DNA of 64,000 bases from an uncultured Acidobacteriota bacterium (GCA_913043225.1 CAJWLU010000009.1:76162-140161), one strand, 5' to 3'. Shown: positions 9,160-20,391, counted from the stretch's first letter. Notes: a model not told the origin generated them from the sequence alone. A program made the numbers and translations.

Positions 9160-11517
9160 ATGGCGACGTTGACCACGCGTTTCCTCGGCATCATCGGCAC
9201 CAGAGGGTTGGTCTGCGCGCTGTTCCTATTGGCGCCAGGGACCCTGGCTGCCCAGGAGGGTCTTGAGGCGAGCCGGGCCGTGCTCGACCGCTACTGCGTT
9301 ACTTGCCACAGCGACCGGCTGGAGACGGCAGACCTCTCGCTGGAATCGGTCGATCTGGCCGACCCGGCCGCGCATGCTGCGGTGCTCGAGGAGGTTATCC
9401 GGAAGCTCCGGACCGGCACCATGCCGCCCCCACTGCGGCCCACGCCGTCGGACGACGAGCGGGCGCAGGTCCTGCTGTGGCTTGAGTCGTCGCTCGACGC
9501 GGCCGCCGCGGCTGCCCCAAATCCAGGGCGTACCGAGACCCTCCGACGGCTCAATCGCACCGAGTATCAGAATGCTATCCGCGACCTGCTGGCGCTGGAT
9601 ATCGACGCGCAGACGCTCTTGCCCGCCGACGAAGCGGGTCATGGCTTCGATAACGTCAATGTTGGCGACCTGTCTCCGGCGCTCCTCGATCGCTATATCA
9701 CCGCAGCACAGCGGATCAGCCAGCTGGCCATCGGCAGCACGCTGTCGACGATTCAGAGCGACGTAATCCGCGTGCCAGCCGACACCACGCAGGAAGAGCA
9801 TGTCGAAGGGCTCCCTCTGGGCACCCGTGGCGGGCTTGCGACGATCTACACCTTCGCGCAGGATGGCGAGTACGACATCCGGATCCGCCTGGCGCGCAAT
9901 CGCACTGGAAACATCGGGGGACTGCGAGGGGACGGGCTACACACGGTGCAACTGTTGTTAGACAAGATGCCGGTGGCGACCTACACCGTGCAGCGTCCGG
10001 AGGGTGGCGACGACACCTTTGCCGACGCCCACCTCCGGTTACGCCTTCCGGTGACGGCGGGACCGCACGAGGTGGCTGCCACGTTCCTGAAAGACAGCGC
10101 GTCACTGATAGAGACCGAGCGACAGCCGCTCCTTTCCCATTTCAACGAGCAGCGACACCCCCGCCTCACGCCGGCTATCTACCAGGTCACCATCACCGGG
10201 CCGCATGACGCGCAAGGTGTGAGCGACACGCCCAGCCGGGCCCGCATCTTCAGCTGTCAGCCGTCGAGCACCGCAGACGAGGAGCCCTGTGCCCGTGGGA
10301 TCCTTAGTACGCTCATGCGCCGTGCCTACCGGCGGCCGGTTGCGGCCGATGAGTTGGACGGCCCTCTGGAGTTCTTCCGTGAGGGGCGTGCTGTTGGAGA
10401 CTTCGAGGCGGGCATCGGTCGAGCTCTCACTTCCATCTTGGTGAACCCTCAATTCCTCTTCCGGGTCGAGCGCGATGCGGAGAGTGATGGGCCGTATCGA
10501 ATTGAAGACCTGGAGCTCGCGTCGCGGCTGTCGTTCTTCCTCTGGAGCAGCATTCCCGACGACGAGTTGCTTGACGCGGCGATCGCGGGGCGGTTAAGCG
10601 ACCCGGCCGAGCTCGAGCGGCAGGCCCAGCGGATGCTGGCCGACCCGCGGTCAGACAATCTGGCCAGCAACTTCGGCGGTCAGTGGCTGATGCTGCGGAA
10701 CCTCGAGGCCGTCAGTCCGAACCCTCGCTTGTATCCGGACTTTGACGACAACTTGCGTCAGGCGTTCCGCCAGGAAACGGAACTGTTCTTCGACAGCATC
10801 CTTCGTGAAAACCGGAGCGTGCTCGATCTGCTGAGCGCCGACTATACCTACTTGAACCAGCGGCTGGCCAAGCACTATGGCATTGCCGGGGTCTACGGCA
10901 GCCGGTTCCGGCGGGTCGATTTGGAACCGGGCAGCCGGCGCGGCGGGCTGCTGCGCCAAGGCAGTATCCTGTCGGTGACCAGCTACGCCACGCGGACCTC
11001 CCCAGTGATTCGCGGGGTGTGGGTGCTCGACAACGTCTACGGTGCGCCGCCGCCGCCACCGCCGGCGAACGTGCCGGTGCTCGAAGAGAATTCGGTGCAG
11101 GCCGGACTTCCGATGCGCGAGCGGCTGGCCGAGCACCGGAACAACCCGGCGTGCGCCAGCTGTCACAACACCATAGATCCGGTCGGGTTCTCGCTCGAGA
11201 ACTATGACGCGGTGGGACGGTGGCGTGACCACAGTGGCGACATCAATCAGATGGACACCTCCGGCGGGTTGCCCGGCGTTGGTGAGTTTGACGGGGTGGA
11301 CGGATTGGAAGCTGGGCTGTTGAGTCGTCCCGAGCTGTTTGCCGGCCGGGTCACCGAGAAGCTGCTGACCTTCGCCCTCGGCCGCGGTGTTGAGTACTAC
11401 GACGGGCCGGCGGTTCGGCGCATCGTGCGCGAAGCGGCGGCGGACGACTATCGCTTCTCCGCCCTGATTCTCGGCATCGTCAAGAGCGTACCGTTTCAGA
11501 TGAGGAACTCGACATGA
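9160..11517 (+). CDS. DUF1592/DUF1588/DUF1585 (PSD-type) cytochrome c-like protein
   Basis: Signal peptide, YCVTCH and CASCH heme motifs, RRLNRTEY, ELASRLSFFLWSS, RTSPVIRG. Confidence 0.85.
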   Translation: MATLTTRFLGIIGTRGLVCALFLLAPGTLAAQEGLEASRAVLDRYCVTCHSDRLETADLSLESVDLADPAAHAAVLEEVIRKLRTGTMPPPLRPTPSDDERAQVLLWLESSLDAAAAAAPNPGRTETLRRLNRTEYQNAIRDLLALDIDAQTLLPADEAGHGFDNVNVGDLSPALLDRYITAAQRISQLAIGSTLSTIQSDVIRVPADTTQEEHVEGLPLGTRGGLATIYTFAQDGEYDIRIRLARNRTGNIGGLRGDGLHTVQLLLDKMPVATYTVQRPEGGDDTFADAHLRLRLPVTAGPHEVAATFLKDSASLIETERQPLLSHFNEQRHPRLTPAIYQVTITGPHDAQGVSDTPSRARIFSCQPSSTADEEPCARGILSTLMRRAYRRPVAADELDGPLEFFREGRAVGDFEAGIGRALTSILVNPQFLFRVERDAESDGPYRIEDLELASRLSFFLWSSIPDDELLDAAIAGRLSDPAELERQAQRMLADPRSDNLASNFGGQWLMLRNLEAVSPNPRLYPDFDDNLRQAFRQETELFFDSILRENRSVLDLLSADYTYLNQRLAKHYGIAGVYGSRFRRVDLEPGSRRGGLLRQGSILSVTSYATRTSPVIRGVWVLDNVYGAPPPPPPANVPVLEENSVQAGLPMRERLAEHRNNPACASCHNTIDPVGFSLENYDAVGRWRDHSGDINQMDTSGGLPGVGEFDGVDGLEAGLLSRPELFAGRVTEKLLTFALGRGVEYYDGPAVRRIVREAAADDYRFSALILGIVKSVPFQMRNST

Positions 11518-12857
11518 TCATCACCAAGAAGGCGTTAGCCCGACGGACCTTCCTGCGGGGCGCCGGTGCCACGGTAGCGCTGCCGTTGCTCGATGCGATG
11601 GTGCCGGCCATGACCGCCTTGGCCCAGATCCCGGCCACGAGTGTCCGACGCCTCGGGTTCGTGTTTGTGCCGATGGGCTGCGACCATGCCCGGTGGACGC
11701 CCAAAGGACGTGGCGCGCTCGGTCAGCTGACACCGTGCCTGAGCCCGCTCGAGCCGGTAAGAAACCAGCTAACGGTGGTGACCAATATGGAGTTGCAGAA
11801 CTCCTATCCCGGGACTCACGATACCTCGAACTCTGGGTACCTGAGCGCCGCATTTGCCAAGCATACCGAGAGCTCGGACTACTTCCTCGGGACCACGGCC
11901 GACCAGATCGCGGCGCAGAAGATTGGCGAGGACACGCAACTGCGTTCGCTTGAGCTGTCGATGGACCTGAACCCGCTGGCCGGCGTTTGCAACAACGGCT
12001 ATGCCTGCGTGTATCAGAACAGCTTGTCGTGGTCGTCGCCGACGACGCCGCTACCCTCGGAGGCGCATCCACGCGTCGTGTTCGAACGGCTTTTCGGGGA
12101 GGGTGGATCGCCCGAGAAGCGGCAGACCGCACTGGCGCGTCGCGCAAGTCTGCTCGACGCGTTCAACGACGACGTTGCCCGGTTGAAGGGTAAGGTCGGC
12201 GTGGCGGACAGGGCGCGGGTCGACAGCTACCTCGACAGCATCCGCGAGGTGGAGCGGCAAATCGAGCTGGCCGAGGTGGGCGCCGCCAAGAACCCGATGC
12301 CGGACCTCGACCGGCCGGTCGGCGTGCCGGAGCTGTTTGCCGACCATGCCCGGTTGCTCTACGACCTGCAGATCCTGGCGTTCCAGGGGGACATCACGAG
12401 GGTGGTCAGCTTCCAGTTCACGCGCGAGCTGACCAACCGGACCTACCCCGAGATCGGGGTGCCGGATCCCCACCATCCGACGAGCCATCACGGAAATGAC
12501 CCGGAGAAGGTGCTCAAGATCGCGAAGATCAATACCTTCCATGTGTCGCTCTTCTCCGAGTTCTTACAGAAGCTGCAGTCGACGCCGGAAGGGAACGGGA
12601 CGCTGCTGGACAACACGGTGTATCTGTATGGCAGCGGCATGGGGAACCCGAGCCTGCACGACCATGTGAACCTGCCGACTCTGGTTACTGGTGGCAATGC
12701 CACAGGCATCCGTGGTGGGCGTCACATCCGCTACGACGATGGGACGCCGCTCGCCAACCTTCACCTGACCTTGCTCGACCGGGTGGGGGTCAACCTCGAC
12801 CAGTTCGGCGATAGCACCGGCCGGGTCGCTGATCTGTTTGATCCGGTCGCGCTCTAG
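11514..12857 (+). CDS. DUF1552 (HXXSHH) protein
   Basis: ATGA coupling, RRTFLRGAG twin-arginine-like leader, ALPLLDAM, HHPTSHH. Confidence 0.85.
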   Translation: MIITKKALARRTFLRGAGATVALPLLDAMVPAMTALAQIPATSVRRLGFVFVPMGCDHARWTPKGRGALGQLTPCLSPLEPVRNQLTVVTNMELQNSYPGTHDTSNSGYLSAAFAKHTESSDYFLGTTADQIAAQKIGEDTQLRSLELSMDLNPLAGVCNNGYACVYQNSLSWSSPTTPLPSEAHPRVVFERLFGEGGSPEKRQTALARRASLLDAFNDDVARLKGKVGVADRARVDSYLDSIREVERQIELAEVGAAKNPMPDLDRPVGVPELFADHARLLYDLQILAFQGDITRVVSFQFTRELTNRTYPEIGVPDPHHPTSHHGNDPEKVLKIAKINTFHVSLFSEFLQKLQSTPEGNGTLLDNTVYLYGSGMGNPSLHDHVNLPTLVTGGNATGIRGGRHIRYDDGTPLANLHLTLLDRVGVNLDQFGDSTGRVADLFDPVAL

Positions 12858-12884
12858 GGAACGTGTCGCACGCGGAGAGATGGG

Positions 12885-14462
12885 ATGAGAGTGAAACAGC
12901 TTGCTGGTATCGGACTGCTAACGACGTTGCTAGCTGTGCCCAGTGCTGCGGCGCTGGGTGCCCGTGCCGACGACGCGTCGCTAGCCGATGCGCTGCAGCG
13001 GGGTGACGTCACTGCGGCGCGTGGTCTGCTGGCCGATGGGGCGGAGGTGAATGTCCCGCAGGTCGATGGCATGACGGCTTTGCACTGGGCGGTGTATCAC
13101 GATGATACCGGCATGGTGCAGCTGTTACTCGAGGCCGGAGGCCACGTGGAGGCGGCCAATCGCTACGGTGTGCGCCCGCTGTGGGTGGCGGTAACTAACG
13201 GCAGCAGCCCGGTGGTGACGCTGCTTCTCGACGCTGGCGCGGATCCCAATGCGACGGCTCGCGGTGGCCAGACGCTCTTGATGCATGCGGCTCGCACGGG
13301 TAGCGTGCAGGTGGTGCGGGCCCTGCTGGGGCGAGGCGCCGACCCGAACGCGGTCGAGATGCGTAGCCAGACGGCACTGATGTGGGCGGCGGCCGAGGGC
13401 CACGCCGACATCGTGCATGCGCTGCTGGAAACCGGGGCGGAGATGAATCCGCGGCTCCGGTCCGGCTTCACGCCGTTCTTCTTCGCGGTGCGCGAAGGGC
13501 ACCGTGACGTGGTGCAGACCTTCCTCCAGGCGGGTGCCGACCTGAACGAGGTGCTGGTGCGGGTCAAGGACGGTCCGGACCCCACGGTCAACAACGCGAC
13601 CTACCGGCCGGTGGATGACGGCATCAGCCCGCTGATTCTCGCCATCCGGAACGGGCATTTCGAGCTGGCCGTCGATTTGGTCGAGGCTGGTGGCGACCCC
13701 AACGACGTGCGCAGTGGCTTCGGCCCGCTGCACACCATGAGTTGGGTTAGGAAGCCGGACGAGAGCGACCGGGGAGATCCAGCGCCGATCGGTTCGGGCC
13801 GCCTCAGCAGCCTCGACTTCGTGCGAACGATGGTTGATTTCGGAGCGGACGTGAATCTGCGCCTGCCAAAAGGGTCGCCCAGACAGCCGAACTCGGCGTC
13901 GCGGACGAACTCGCCTGGAGCCACTCCCTTCCTGCTGGCGTCCGATCGGGCCGATGCGGCGCTCATGGAACTGCTGCTCGAACTGGGCGCCAATCCGTTC
14001 ATCCCGAACCACGATGGGACGACGCCGTTGATGGCGGCGGCCGGGTTGGGCACGGCCGCGCCGGAAGAGGAAGCGGGCACCGAGCCGGAGGCTTTCGTTG
14101 CGACCCAGTTACTGCTGGATCTCGGCGCCAACGTCGACGACGTCAACATCGATGGCGACACCGCTATGCACGGCGCCGCCTATGGTAGTTTCCCGACCGT
14201 CGTGAACCTGCTGGCCGACCATGGGGCGGACATTCGCTTCTGGAACACCAAGAACAAGCAGGGTCGGACGCCGCTGTTCATCGCCGAGGGGCATCGGGGT
14301 GGCCTGCCGCGTCCGTCGCGCTCGACTATCGCTGCGATCACCGCGCTGATGGACGGGGCCGGCGTTTCGATCGCGGGTGAGCGTCCCGAGATCGTCGACC
14401 AGTATTCACGTCCGTCCGAGCCGCCGAAGCCGGCCGAGATCAAGCCGCAGACACAGCGGTAA
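12885..14462 (+). CDS. Secreted ankyrin-repeat protein
   Basis: Repeated G.TALHWA / QTALMWAA / GTTPLMAA...GA.VN units after a signal peptide. Confidence 0.9.
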   Translation: MRVKQLAGIGLLTTLLAVPSAAALGARADDASLADALQRGDVTAARGLLADGAEVNVPQVDGMTALHWAVYHDDTGMVQLLLEAGGHVEAANRYGVRPLWVAVTNGSSPVVTLLLDAGADPNATARGGQTLLMHAARTGSVQVVRALLGRGADPNAVEMRSQTALMWAAAEGHADIVHALLETGAEMNPRLRSGFTPFFFAVREGHRDVVQTFLQAGADLNEVLVRVKDGPDPTVNNATYRPVDDGISPLILAIRNGHFELAVDLVEAGGDPNDVRSGFGPLHTMSWVRKPDESDRGDPAPIGSGRLSSLDFVRTMVDFGADVNLRLPKGSPRQPNSASRTNSPGATPFLLASDRADAALMELLLELGANPFIPNHDGTTPLMAAAGLGTAAPEEEAGTEPEAFVATQLLLDLGANVDDVNIDGDTAMHGAAYGSFPTVVNLLADHGADIRFWNTKNKQGRTPLFIAEGHRGGLPRPSRSTIAAITALMDGAGVSIAGERPEIVDQYSRPSEPPKPAEIKPQTQR

Positions 14463-14511
14463 CCGAAGACCCTCGCTCCCGAGTCGGGCGCCCTTTTCCG
14501 GCTTCGACCAC

Positions 14512-15630
14512 ATGCGCCGGTATCTCATTCCGGTCGCCGTTTCTCTCATCTTCATCGCGTCGTCTCCCTACATGGGACTGATCCGGGACGGCCTCAAAGC
14601 CGCACTCGGGGAGGCCTTCACGCAGGTGGTTGGGGCTGTCGTGGGCCTGGCGGGCGCGGCCGTCCTCGTGTGGGGGGTGCGACGTGTCCGCGAGTGCGGC
14701 CGACAGGGCGCTGGCCTGATGGCGCTGGCGGTTGCGCTGGCGGCCGCTTACGGGTTCGTGATGCGCACGGGCATCCCAGACGTGGACGCGGTCGAGCGTA
14801 TCCACTTCCTGCAGTACGGTTTGGTGGCGCTGCTCTTCTATCGCGCGACGATGCCCGCACCGTTGATGGTGGTGGTGCCAATCACTCTGCTTACTGGCAC
14901 TCTCGTCGGTATCGGTGAGGAGTGGTTGCAGTGGCTCGTACCGACCCGGGTCGGTGATGTGCGGGACGTCCTGCTCAATTTCTGGGCGTTGGGGTGTGGA
15001 CTGCTGTTTGCCGTCGGCCTCGTACCTCTTGACGCCGCCGTGTCTCGGCCGATGCCATGGAGACGGCTGAGCCTGCTGGGCAGCGTCGTACTGGTGGTAT
15101 TTGCAGGTTTTCTCGACAGTGCCCATCTGGGTGAATTGAACGAAGCGCCCAGCATTGGGCGCTTCCGGTCGTTCTTCACGGTCGAAGAGCTCGAGGAGGT
15201 GTCGGCCGACCGGTTCCGCCGTTGGGCCGCGGATCCGCCGATCGACCTTGGTGGTCCGTTCTCGGTGCAGGATCACTTTCTGGTCGAAGCCGGCGCCCGG
15301 GTGCAACGGCGGAACGAAGCCTATGCCGCCGGGGCTTTCGCCGACGCGTGGCGAGAGAACGCCCTCCTCGAGGCCTACTACGCCCCGATGCTCGACTTGC
15401 GGTCGTTCGGCAGCGGAGATCCACATCGCTGGCCGGCAGCGCAGCGGGATGAGGTGGAAGCGAAAGGGGCGGGTCTGGTGTCTGGTGTGTGGGTCAGCCC
15501 CGTCTACCAAGATCGCGTCCATGTCGTGCCCACCCGTGGGCAGCTGTGGTTGGGTACCGGCGCAATCGCCGTCTTGCTGCTTGGTGCGGCCGCCTTCAAG
15601 AGGCGGGCGGCTGACGCTGGGTCAGGGTAG
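14512..15630 (+). CDS. Membrane protein with VanZ-like domain
   Basis: Multiple TM segments; ERIHFLQYG...EEWLQWLVPTRVGDVRDVLLN. Confidence 0.65.
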   Translation: MRRYLIPVAVSLIFIASSPYMGLIRDGLKAALGEAFTQVVGAVVGLAGAAVLVWGVRRVRECGRQGAGLMALAVALAAAYGFVMRTGIPDVDAVERIHFLQYGLVALLFYRATMPAPLMVVVPITLLTGTLVGIGEEWLQWLVPTRVGDVRDVLLNFWALGCGLLFAVGLVPLDAAVSRPMPWRRLSLLGSVVLVVFAGFLDSAHLGELNEAPSIGRFRSFFTVEELEEVSADRFRRWAADPPIDLGGPFSVQDHFLVEAGARVQRRNEAYAAGAFADAWRENALLEAYYAPMLDLRSFGSGDPHRWPAAQRDEVEAKGAGLVSGVWVSPVYQDRVHVVPTRGQLWLGTGAIAVLLLGAAAFKRRAADAGSG

Positions 15631-15671
15631 AATCCCATCATTCACCCGCGCTGTTGCTCAGGAGCCAGTCC

Positions 15672-17402
15672 ATGCCACGTCGCCTTGCTGTCCTGGTCGG
15701 TTCGGTGGTCGCCGCCAGCCTGCTCTTGTCCGATGCTCGTGCCCAGACGGCGTTCGAGCCGGTTACCGACGAGATGCTGCAGAACCCAGCGCCCGGCGAT
15801 TGGCTGATGTGGCGCCGGACGCTGAACGGGTGGGGCTACAGCCCGCTCGACCAGGTTAATAAGGAGACGGTGGCCGAACTGCAGATGGTGTGGACCCGAG
15901 GGCTTCGGCCCGGCGCCCAGGAGGGCACGCCGATCGCCTACGGCGGCACCCTCTATATGCCCAACCCCAACGAGGTCGTGCAGGCGATCGACGCGGTCAC
16001 CGGCGATCTCAAGTGGGAGTACAGGCGGAATATTCCAGAGGACGTGCCGGAGGTGATGGGCGGGCTGACCGAGAATAATCGGAACCTGGCCATCTATGGT
16101 GACAAGATCATCGACACTGCCAACGACGACTACCTGTATGCGCTGGAGGCCGAGACCGGCGAATTGGCCTGGGAGCACCAGATCTTCGACTACCAGGTGC
16201 ATCCGGCTCGACACTCGTCGGGGCCGATTATCGCCACCGGCAAGATCATTTCCGGCCGCAGCTGTCGGCCGAGGGCGGGCCCGGTGTCGTGCGTGATCAT
16301 CGCGCACGATGCCGACACGGGGGAGGAGCTCTGGCGTACGGCGTTGATACCGGCGCCGGGTGAGCCGGGGGATGAGACTTGGGGTGGCGTGCCCTACGAA
16401 GAGCGAATGCACGTGGGCTCTTGGATGGTGCCCAGCTATGACCCGGAACTGAATCTGATCTACGTCGGGACCTCGGTGACCTCACCGGCACCGAAATTTA
16501 TGCTCGGCGGCCACCAACTCAAGCACCTCTACCATAACTCGACGCTCGCCATGGACGCCGACACCGGCGATATCCGCTGGTACTACCAGCACCTGAACGA
16601 CCACTGGGATCTGGACCACCCCTATGAGCGTCTGTTGGTCGACACGGCGGTGGCTCCGGATCCGAGCGCTGTGGACTGGATCAACCCGCGGCTTCAGCTG
16701 GGAGAGGAGCGGAAGGTCATTACCGGGATTCCGGGGAAGACCGGTGTCGTCTACACGCTCGACCGCGAGACTGGCGAGTTCCTGTGGGCTACGCCGACCG
16801 TGACCCAGAACGTGGTCAGCGACATCGATGGCGCGACCGGCGCGGTGACCGAGAACTCCGAGGTGGTCTTTACGGCGCTGGGACAGGAAGTGCTGTCGTG
16901 CCCGTCGTGGGGCGGAGGTAAGAACTGGCCGGCTGGCGCCTACAGCCCGCTGACCAATCGAATGTTCTTTCCGTTGCAGCAGACCTGTGCGCGCTTGCTT
17001 TCCACCATGGAGGGCGGTCTGGCCATCTACCGGCTGGCGGCGAGGATGCAGCTGTCGCCTGGTACCGAACTGCTGGGCACGGTGCGGGGTATCGATACCG
17101 CGACGGGTGAGACCACGTGGTTGCACGAGCAGCGAGCGCAGACCTTCTCGCTGGTGGCCACGGCCGGAGGACTGGTCTTCGGAGGAGATGGGAACGGTCG
17201 GTTCCGGGCCTTCGATCAGGACTCCGGTGAGGTGCTCTGGGAGGTTAACCTTGGGTCGCCGGTGACCGGGTTCCCGATCACTTATGCGGTCGATGGTCGC
17301 CAGTATGTCGTGGCCAGCACCGGCAGTCGGCGTCAGGCACTCACGCCGGAGGTCACTCCGAGCGCCGGCAACAATATCTTCGTGTTCGCGCTCCCAGAAT
17401 GA
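15672..17402 (+). CDS. Secreted PQQ-binding beta-propeller dehydrogenase
   Basis: RBS AGGAG, signal peptide, DWLMWRRT...YSPLDQVN, NDHWDLD, GEVLWE...PITY.VDGRQYV. Confidence 0.85.
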   Translation: MPRRLAVLVGSVVAASLLLSDARAQTAFEPVTDEMLQNPAPGDWLMWRRTLNGWGYSPLDQVNKETVAELQMVWTRGLRPGAQEGTPIAYGGTLYMPNPNEVVQAIDAVTGDLKWEYRRNIPEDVPEVMGGLTENNRNLAIYGDKIIDTANDDYLYALEAETGELAWEHQIFDYQVHPARHSSGPIIATGKIISGRSCRPRAGPVSCVIIAHDADTGEELWRTALIPAPGEPGDETWGGVPYEERMHVGSWMVPSYDPELNLIYVGTSVTSPAPKFMLGGHQLKHLYHNSTLAMDADTGDIRWYYQHLNDHWDLDHPYERLLVDTAVAPDPSAVDWINPRLQLGEERKVITGIPGKTGVVYTLDRETGEFLWATPTVTQNVVSDIDGATGAVTENSEVVFTALGQEVLSCPSWGGGKNWPAGAYSPLTNRMFFPLQQTCARLLSTMEGGLAIYRLAARMQLSPGTELLGTVRGIDTATGETTWLHEQRAQTFSLVATAGGLVFGGDGNGRFRAFDQDSGEVLWEVNLGSPVTGFPITYAVDGRQYVVASTGSRRQALTPEVTPSAGNNIFVFALPE

Positions 17403-17452
17403 TGGACGTCATCCGGGTCTGTTTAGTCGCGCGGTCGCGCGACTGATCCGAC

Positions 17453-18349
17453 GTGATTCCGATGCTGCAGCGAGCGGTTATGGTCGGGTGCCTGCTGGCC
17501 TTCGCTGGTCCAGTGGTCGGCCAGGTGTCGGTCGGGCTGACGTTCCGGGTTCAGGCACATTATCCCGACGGCCGACCGGTGCTCGACCTGCAGCCTTATG
17601 AGGTGGTCATCGCTCAGGACGGTGTCAGGTGTCCGGTTGTGGATATGGAGCGGGTCGGTTGGCCGCTCAAGGTCGTGCTACTGCTTGATGACTCGGTCTG
17701 GATGCAGGGCTACCTAGTGCACTTGCGGAACTCGCTGCGCGGTTTCGTGGACGCGCTGCCTAGCGGCGCTGAGGTGGCGGTGGTCACGATGTCCTACCGG
17801 CCGGACGACCTGCTGCAGTTCACGACCGATCGTGACGCGGTTGGACAGCAGCTCAGCGAGTATTTGGTGAAGCAATTTGCACGGGCCTCGTCCGCGAGTG
17901 CGCTGCGAGAGACGCTCGAGGCACTCTACCGAACCGATGCCGAAGGGCCCGTGATTGCGGTGGTGGCAGGGGATGGTCCAGATCCAGCCTTCGGTCCAGA
18001 GGAACTGAGAGAGACGGTCGAGCGTGTGCTGGAACTCGGTGCAACGGTGGATACGCTGGCACTGAGACCGCCCAGCGAGAGACCGCCCGATGGTCTGGCC
18101 CTTAGGTTCACCGAGATGACCAACGGCTGGTCGCGTCGGATCGGGCGGCCTAGCCCGGCGGTGGGTAATCTGCTCCGTGAGATGGGGGAAACCATCGCGC
18201 GACGGGCCGGCGACGGTCCTAACCACTATCTCGTGAGTTGCGAACCTCAGAGAGATGCGCTCGCCGCCGAGTTGTTCGGGGTAGCCGTGCTCCGTGAGGG
18301 GGTCGAAGTTCGGGTTAACGGGCAGCTTTTCCGCAGCGCCGGTCCGTAG
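17453..18349 (+). CDS. Secreted VWA-like domain protein
   Basis: DGRPVLDL...QDG and PLKVVLLLDDS degenerate MIDAS; start uncertain. Confidence 0.55.
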   Translation: MIPMLQRAVMVGCLLAFAGPVVGQVSVGLTFRVQAHYPDGRPVLDLQPYEVVIAQDGVRCPVVDMERVGWPLKVVLLLDDSVWMQGYLVHLRNSLRGFVDALPSGAEVAVVTMSYRPDDLLQFTTDRDAVGQQLSEYLVKQFARASSASALRETLEALYRTDAEGPVIAVVAGDGPDPAFGPEELRETVERVLELGATVDTLALRPPSERPPDGLALRFTEMTNGWSRRIGRPSPAVGNLLREMGETIARRAGDGPNHYLVSCEPQRDALAAELFGVAVLREGVEVRVNGQLFRSAGP

Positions 18350-18354
18350 CGTCT

Positions 18355-20352
18355 TCAGGGAGTGTCTGGCAGGGCGAATGCCCAGAAACCTAGGCCTGAC
18401 GCGATCGCGACATACTGGCGCCCCCCTACCATGTAGGTCATCGGCGAGGCCTTCCAGTCCTGATTGGCCTGGAAGTGCCAGAGCGGGTCGCCCGTCTCGG
18501 CGTCCAGCGCGGCAAACGCGCCGCTGTCTTCCCCGAAGAAGACCAGGTCGCCTGCGGTTGAAAGGACGCCAGAATAGGTCTGCGCATACCCGGTCTGCGC
18601 ATAGCTCCACGCTACCTCACCGGTCTGGATGTCGATGGCTCGGATAAATTTCTGGTTCGGTGAACCGTCGGCCAGACGCGCCGTACCGCTTAGCCAGCTT
18701 CGACCACGTTGCCAGGGGTCGTCGTTCTTGGTGTAGGTCATGCACGACTCGTGCGCCAGGAGGTAGAACAGGCCGGTTCCCGGATGGTAGCTGGTGGCCC
18801 ACCAGTTGGTGGCGCCTCGGATCGCGGGGCAGACATCGACCCCTTCCTCGGTAGGGTCGGTGTTGGGCAGCACGATGGGCCGGCCTGAGTCGTTGAGTCC
18901 TTCGGCCCAGGTCTGCGGCACGAACGGCTCACCCAGTAGGAACTGGCCGTTGGTGCGGTCAAGGACGTAAAAGAAGCCGTTGCGATTGCCCTGGAGCAGC
19001 AGCTGACGTTCGCGCCCCCCGAACTCGGCGTCGACAAGCAGCAGCGGCTCCTGTGCGTCCCAGTCGTGCGTGTCGTGCGGCGTGAACTGGAAGTACCACT
19101 CGAGTGCGCCGGTCTCGGGCCGTAGGGCCACGACGGAGTTCGTATAGAGGTTGTCACCTGGTCGCCGATCTCCATTGAGATCAGGACACGGGTTGCCCGT
19201 CGCCCAGTACAGCAGGTCGAGCTCGGGGTCGTAGCTGCCGGTCAGCCACGTTGCCCCACAGCCCTTGGCGAGGACTTCGGGGTCACCCCAGGTTTCGGAA
19301 CCCGGTTCACCCGGAGCCGGAATAGTCCAGAAGCGCCACGCTCGGTCGCCGGATTCAGCGTGGTACGCGTCGAGGAAGCCACGCAGTCCCGTGTCACCGG
19401 CGCTGATGCCAGCGATGACCAGGTCTCCTACCACCAGCGGCGCCGCGACTGCGCCGTAGTGGTCGCGATAGTCCGCCATCTCGGTATCCCAGACCAGGGT
19501 TCCGCTGAAACGGTTCAGTGCGATGACGTGTGCGTGGTCGGTCACGGTGAAGACGAGGTCGTTTCGGACCGCGACCCCTCGGTTCAGTCCGATGGCGGGA
19601 TCGCCGACCAGGCCTTCGGTGCGCGGCTGCGAGTATCGCCAGATCTCGCGCCCGGTAGACGCATCGAGGGCGTACACCTGATTCACGCTCGTGACATACA
19701 TCACTCCAGCGATGACCACAGGGGTACCCTCGAGCATTGGCACATCGGGAATCGGGTAGAACCACTGAGCAGTGAGTTGGTCGACGTTGTTGCGGTCGAT
19801 CTGGTCGACCGCGCTGTGACGGTTCGACGAGTCGTCGCCGTTGTAGGAATTCCAGTCGACGTACGGTTCGATCGCCGCTTGCTGGAACCGGTCACCCTCT
19901 TTGCGAAGGAGGTGAAGCACTCCGTCGGCGGTGCGGAGTTGGGCGTCGAACCCGCTCTCGTTAAGCATCGTGCCCGCGAGGCTCGTGCCATCGGCCAGGG
20001 TGAACGATCCGGAACGTGGGCGTGGCGCTCGCGGATCCCGAGCCGCGGGGCCGGCTGCGGCGACCAGGCCTTTTAGATAGCTGACAAGCGGACCCATCTC
20101 GTCGGCCGGGACCAGAATCGCCGGCATGCCCCGCGCAGGCACGCCTTCGGTGATGATGGCGGCGAGCCGGTCGGTCGAGAGTGTCGCTGCCCGCGCCAGG
20201 ATCGACCCGGCCCGGTCGCTACCCGTCCCATCCGCGCCATGACAGAGCACACACCGAGACTCGTAGAAGGCCTGACCTTGGGCACCAGCCGGGTGTGGCA
20301 GGAGGACCGTTGCGCACAGGGCGACCAGCGTGCTGGAGACAAGTTTGTGCAT
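18355..20352 (-). CDS. PQQ-type dehydrogenase with N-terminal cytochrome c domain
   Basis: CVLCH heme motif, then propeller with TGNP, GDNLYTNS, PHDTHDWD, PMTY..GGRQYV. Confidence 0.85.
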   Translation of the reverse strand: MHKLVSSTLVALCATVLLPHPAGAQGQAFYESRCVLCHGADGTGSDRAGSILARAATLSTDRLAAIITEGVPARGMPAILVPADEMGPLVSYLKGLVAAAGPAARDPRAPRPRSGSFTLADGTSLAGTMLNESGFDAQLRTADGVLHLLRKEGDRFQQAAIEPYVDWNSYNGDDSSNRHSAVDQIDRNNVDQLTAQWFYPIPDVPMLEGTPVVIAGVMYVTSVNQVYALDASTGREIWRYSQPRTEGLVGDPAIGLNRGVAVRNDLVFTVTDHAHVIALNRFSGTLVWDTEMADYRDHYGAVAAPLVVGDLVIAGISAGDTGLRGFLDAYHAESGDRAWRFWTIPAPGEPGSETWGDPEVLAKGCGATWLTGSYDPELDLLYWATGNPCPDLNGDRRPGDNLYTNSVVALRPETGALEWYFQFTPHDTHDWDAQEPLLLVDAEFGGRERQLLLQGNRNGFFYVLDRTNGQFLLGEPFVPQTWAEGLNDSGRPIVLPNTDPTEEGVDVCPAIRGATNWWATSYHPGTGLFYLLAHESCMTYTKNDDPWQRGRSWLSGTARLADGSPNQKFIRAIDIQTGEVAWSYAQTGYAQTYSGVLSTAGDLVFFGEDSGAFAALDAETGDPLWHFQANQDWKASPMTYMVGGRQYVAIASGLGFWAFALPDTP

Positions 20353-20391
20353 CGAGCGGGCTCCGGTCTGAAGATGGACGGGTTTCAGGTA